From NCBI GenBank assembly GCA_950097015.1, contig CATNEN010000038.1, positions 11,842,001 through 11,906,000 of the forward strand: a stretch of 64,000 nucleotides of DNA. Reading direction: 5' to 3'. Source of the stretch: Macrostomum hystrix. Its lineage: Eukaryota; Animalia; Platyhelminthes. The notes under the pieces were generated by a model. That model saw only the letters and a list, made by a program, of their open reading frames with translations, did no database searches and had not been told where the DNA came from. Positions within the stretch are counted from its first letter, which is position 1, and each line of letters begins with the position of its first letter. Made by a program: the position numbers and the translations under genes. Positions 61,237 to 64,000 of this stretch are shown here, one piece after another.

Positions 61237-62189
61237 TCAAAATTGCGCAAGCAGTTGCTTTCCGATTGGTAATTATTAAATTTACTGGAAAAATGATTGC
61301 GCGAACGATGGGCTATGGTTCTGCGAACCTTCATTTGATATAGAACTCTGTAGATCATCAGCTTTCTTAAAAAATTAAATACTCCCCTTTTTAGACTTGC
61401 AAACCCTACTGTGAAATTCTGAAAAGTTTTTGCTTGCCTCAAAATTTTTACCTAAGCTGGAAAGGAGGAAAGGCTTACGCCTTAACTTGAGATTGCTCTG
61501 TGCTAGAGCAATTGAAGTGACGATTTTTTTGTGAAACGCGGGCCTGTCAGTGTACGGTCGACAGCCAGAGCCATCGACCAAGGCCAGAACACACGATTTA
61601 AGTTTAATTTTTATGATCAATTAATGATCGTCAAATTAAGAGTGCGCCAGAAATAGAGTGATTTTAATTGCAGTGTCAATGTGCCTGTGGTCGTTGACAA
61701 ATTGAGTGATGTTTTGGAACGAGATCAGTAGCTCCCCGGACTGACGAGATGTAAAAGCTCGCAACTTTTTCCAAGAGCCTATTAAAAATTGACTTCAAGT
61801 ACGTGCTCTCAAATCTTCACGCAGTATGTGATAAACTTTAGTTTGATTTATTAACTGCCAGACAATGGCTCATTAGCTGCAAATACGAGCGTAAGCGTTC
61901 CATTCCCCCTGTGCGTTTTTATTGTTAAACTACCGAATAGGAGTATGTGGTCTGCAAGCTCCCAGTCAATGAGTATCAAGCAGTCTCGCATGCATTTTCA
62001 ATACCCAATGTGAAGTTCTCCATGGAAACGCGAAGAAAAGAAAGCTGCATTCCTGCTAAAAGGACAGGGTAATTTAAGAAAAATCATCAAAAAGTTAAGG
62101 CTTTGTCTCTTACCTGTTCTCTTGTTTGCCTCTGCACTCTGCCCTCTGCTCTAGATCAATCGCCTGAATCGCTTATTTCGAAACACAGC

Positions 62190-62760
62190 TGACTTTTTTT
62201 ACGTCAAGTGAAACAAAGATATTAGGAAGCAAAGATATCGGGCGGCCGCCGCTCTCTCTCCGACCGTCGTGGGAAACCGGCCGGCTCAGCTGGCACCGGT
62301 TGTTCCTCGGGCTCCTCGTCTGCCTGCAGCTCGGGCCAGAATGCCGCCGCGTCGCCGCCTTGACCGGTCGGTTCGCTGGGCGGCTGTGCGGCATCGTCGC
62401 TGGGACTGACGGAGTCAGCAGCAGACGGAAGCTCCAGTGACGCGCGCCGCTGCATGAAGCGCTTGAGGCGGTCGTGATGTACCACCAGCCTGCGCCTGCG
62501 GCCGGCCTCGCTTGAATGCGGTAGTTGACCTCGCCCAAGCGTCTCAGGACTCGGTATGGCCCTTTCCACTTGTCGCTCAGGCACCGCGTCTGGCCGCGCC
62601 GCGCTTGATGACGGAGTTTCGGAGCATCAAGAGCTGGCCCTCCTCGAACGGCACGAACCGACAGTCTTGGTTGGCGAGCGGGTTCCGCTCGACCTGCGCG
62701 CGCCGCAGCCGGCCATGCACCGATTCAAAGGCGCTCTGCAGGCTCTCCTGAGTAGGCAGA
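62190..62760 (-). mobile_element. Degenerate Gypsy/Ty3 integrase C-terminal fragment
   Basis: KWKGPYRVLRRLGEVNYRIQ and, after a frameshift, RLVVHHDRLKRF (GPY/F region). Confidence 0.75.
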
Positions 62761-62779
62761 GCATTTCGAAATACCCAGT

Positions 62780-63290
62780 CATCACCAGGACGAACAGGAA
62801 TACCCAGTCATCACAGGCGCTAGCGTGTTCCCCTGGAGCACCCCGGAGGATGTCTTAAAGGATTCGGACAGGCCGTCCGGCGTCATCACAGCTGTTCTCG
62901 TAGCACAGTACAACGCCATATTGGTGGAGATCAGCTGCTCTGGCACATGATACGCACGAAGTCCAGGCTCTGCTCTGATAGACACTCCTGAAGTGCGATG
63001 ATGTCACAGATGAGGTCGAGCGCAAACTTCGCCAGCAACCCTCTCCGCCAGGCGGTCTTGAGCGTCCCGACTCGAAGTGTGCCCTGTGGTAGAGCTGGGG
63101 CTCGGTTGTAAGTTAGCCTCATGGTCTCCGGCGCGACCTGGAAGACCCAGATGGACTCTCATGACAGCAGCTCGGTGTGCGGCGCCACGTCGCTGGCCTT
63201 CGAAAACACCGGTTTCGCTCGCCGGTTTTGTCCTGCCGCTATTGGCCGCCGCAGCAGTGAAGCGCGGCACACCGTCTTGACTGCGAGGAG
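62780..63290 (-). mobile_element. Internally deleted non-LTR retrotransposon (LINE) relic
   Basis: APE-like LRVGTL..DIIALQE lies directly next to RT-like TPDGLSESFKTSSGVLQGNTLAP. Confidence 0.7.
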
Positions 63291-64000
63291 CAAATAGATT
63301 AGGACGAGATCAGCACTATAACTGTCATCCTCCGCAGCTCCAAAATCTGATGCTCGCAGGTGTCGACTGAGCTAATAAAGAGATATTCCTTGACTGTCGC
63401 CGCAGTCCAAACAGCCAGTTAACGACTCTCCTTCGCAATGATCATTCATAACTGATGTGTGTAATTCGATTTGAAGTGGTTGCATCAACAGAGAAATCTA
63501 CGAATTCTGTTTTTGCCAACATCGCTGTATTCTGTATCTGCCACCAATTTCGCTATGATGGAGTCTGGTCGGCTCCGTACTGAGGACCAGCATTGAAGGT
63601 TTCTTTTTAGAATACTACTAGCAAGTTTTGCCCGCCTTCGGGGAGCATAAATATTTTTAATTCATCTAATATACTTTTTAGCAGCTGTAGTTTCAGCTTT
63701 TTTTAAGTTACAATGATCCCCTAGCTGACAATGATCCCCAAGTTGACCATGATCCCCAAGCAAGATTTTCATTTTTAGTATAGTAGAAGATGAAGCATTT
63801 TTATACAGTTCTCTGTTCGTTTACAACGTCGGCAATGATTAAAGCAGCGGTGCATTCTTGCAATGCTATGCATTAGTGACACATCACTGATTTTAACATT
63901 TTTCATGATATCCTATTACTTGGCAGAGCTAGATCTATTTTTACACCGTGCTTACCTACCTTCCTGTGCATATCAAACAAAAGTCCTGGTGAAATTCTGC

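Overview
Eukaryotic (animal) genomic DNA. The GC-rich, CAG-rich exons, AT-rich 5' regions and minisatellite-filled introns resemble the free-living flatworm Macrostomum (inference, not verified). Ten spliced protein genes can be assembled with GT-AG sites and consistent phases: NF-YA (+), a stand-alone MoaC/MOCS1B (-), RBM39/Caper (-), a UGCG-like ceramide glycosyltransferase with active-site substitutions (+), glycerate kinase (-), glia maturation factor (-), importin beta-1 (+, 11 exons), an unknown protein (-), a DEG/ENaC channel (-) with an upstream pseudogene relic, and a secreted PAN/TSP1-like protein (+). Mobile DNA includes a DD34D mariner, hAT MITEs, a duplicated solo LTR, two tRNA-derived SINE families and Gypsy/LINE relics. 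Main observations: (1) two paralogous intronic H/ACA RNAs with CAB boxes in importin-beta introns, probably U2-guiding scaRNAs; (2) about 18 distinct 20-43 bp minisatellite arrays, concentrated in housekeeping transcription units, mostly C-rich on the sense strand and sharing core motifs; (3) candidate operon pairs whose spacers are filled by arrays; (4) an RBM39 last exon that begins with a perfect 5' splice site, plus a candidate poison exon.
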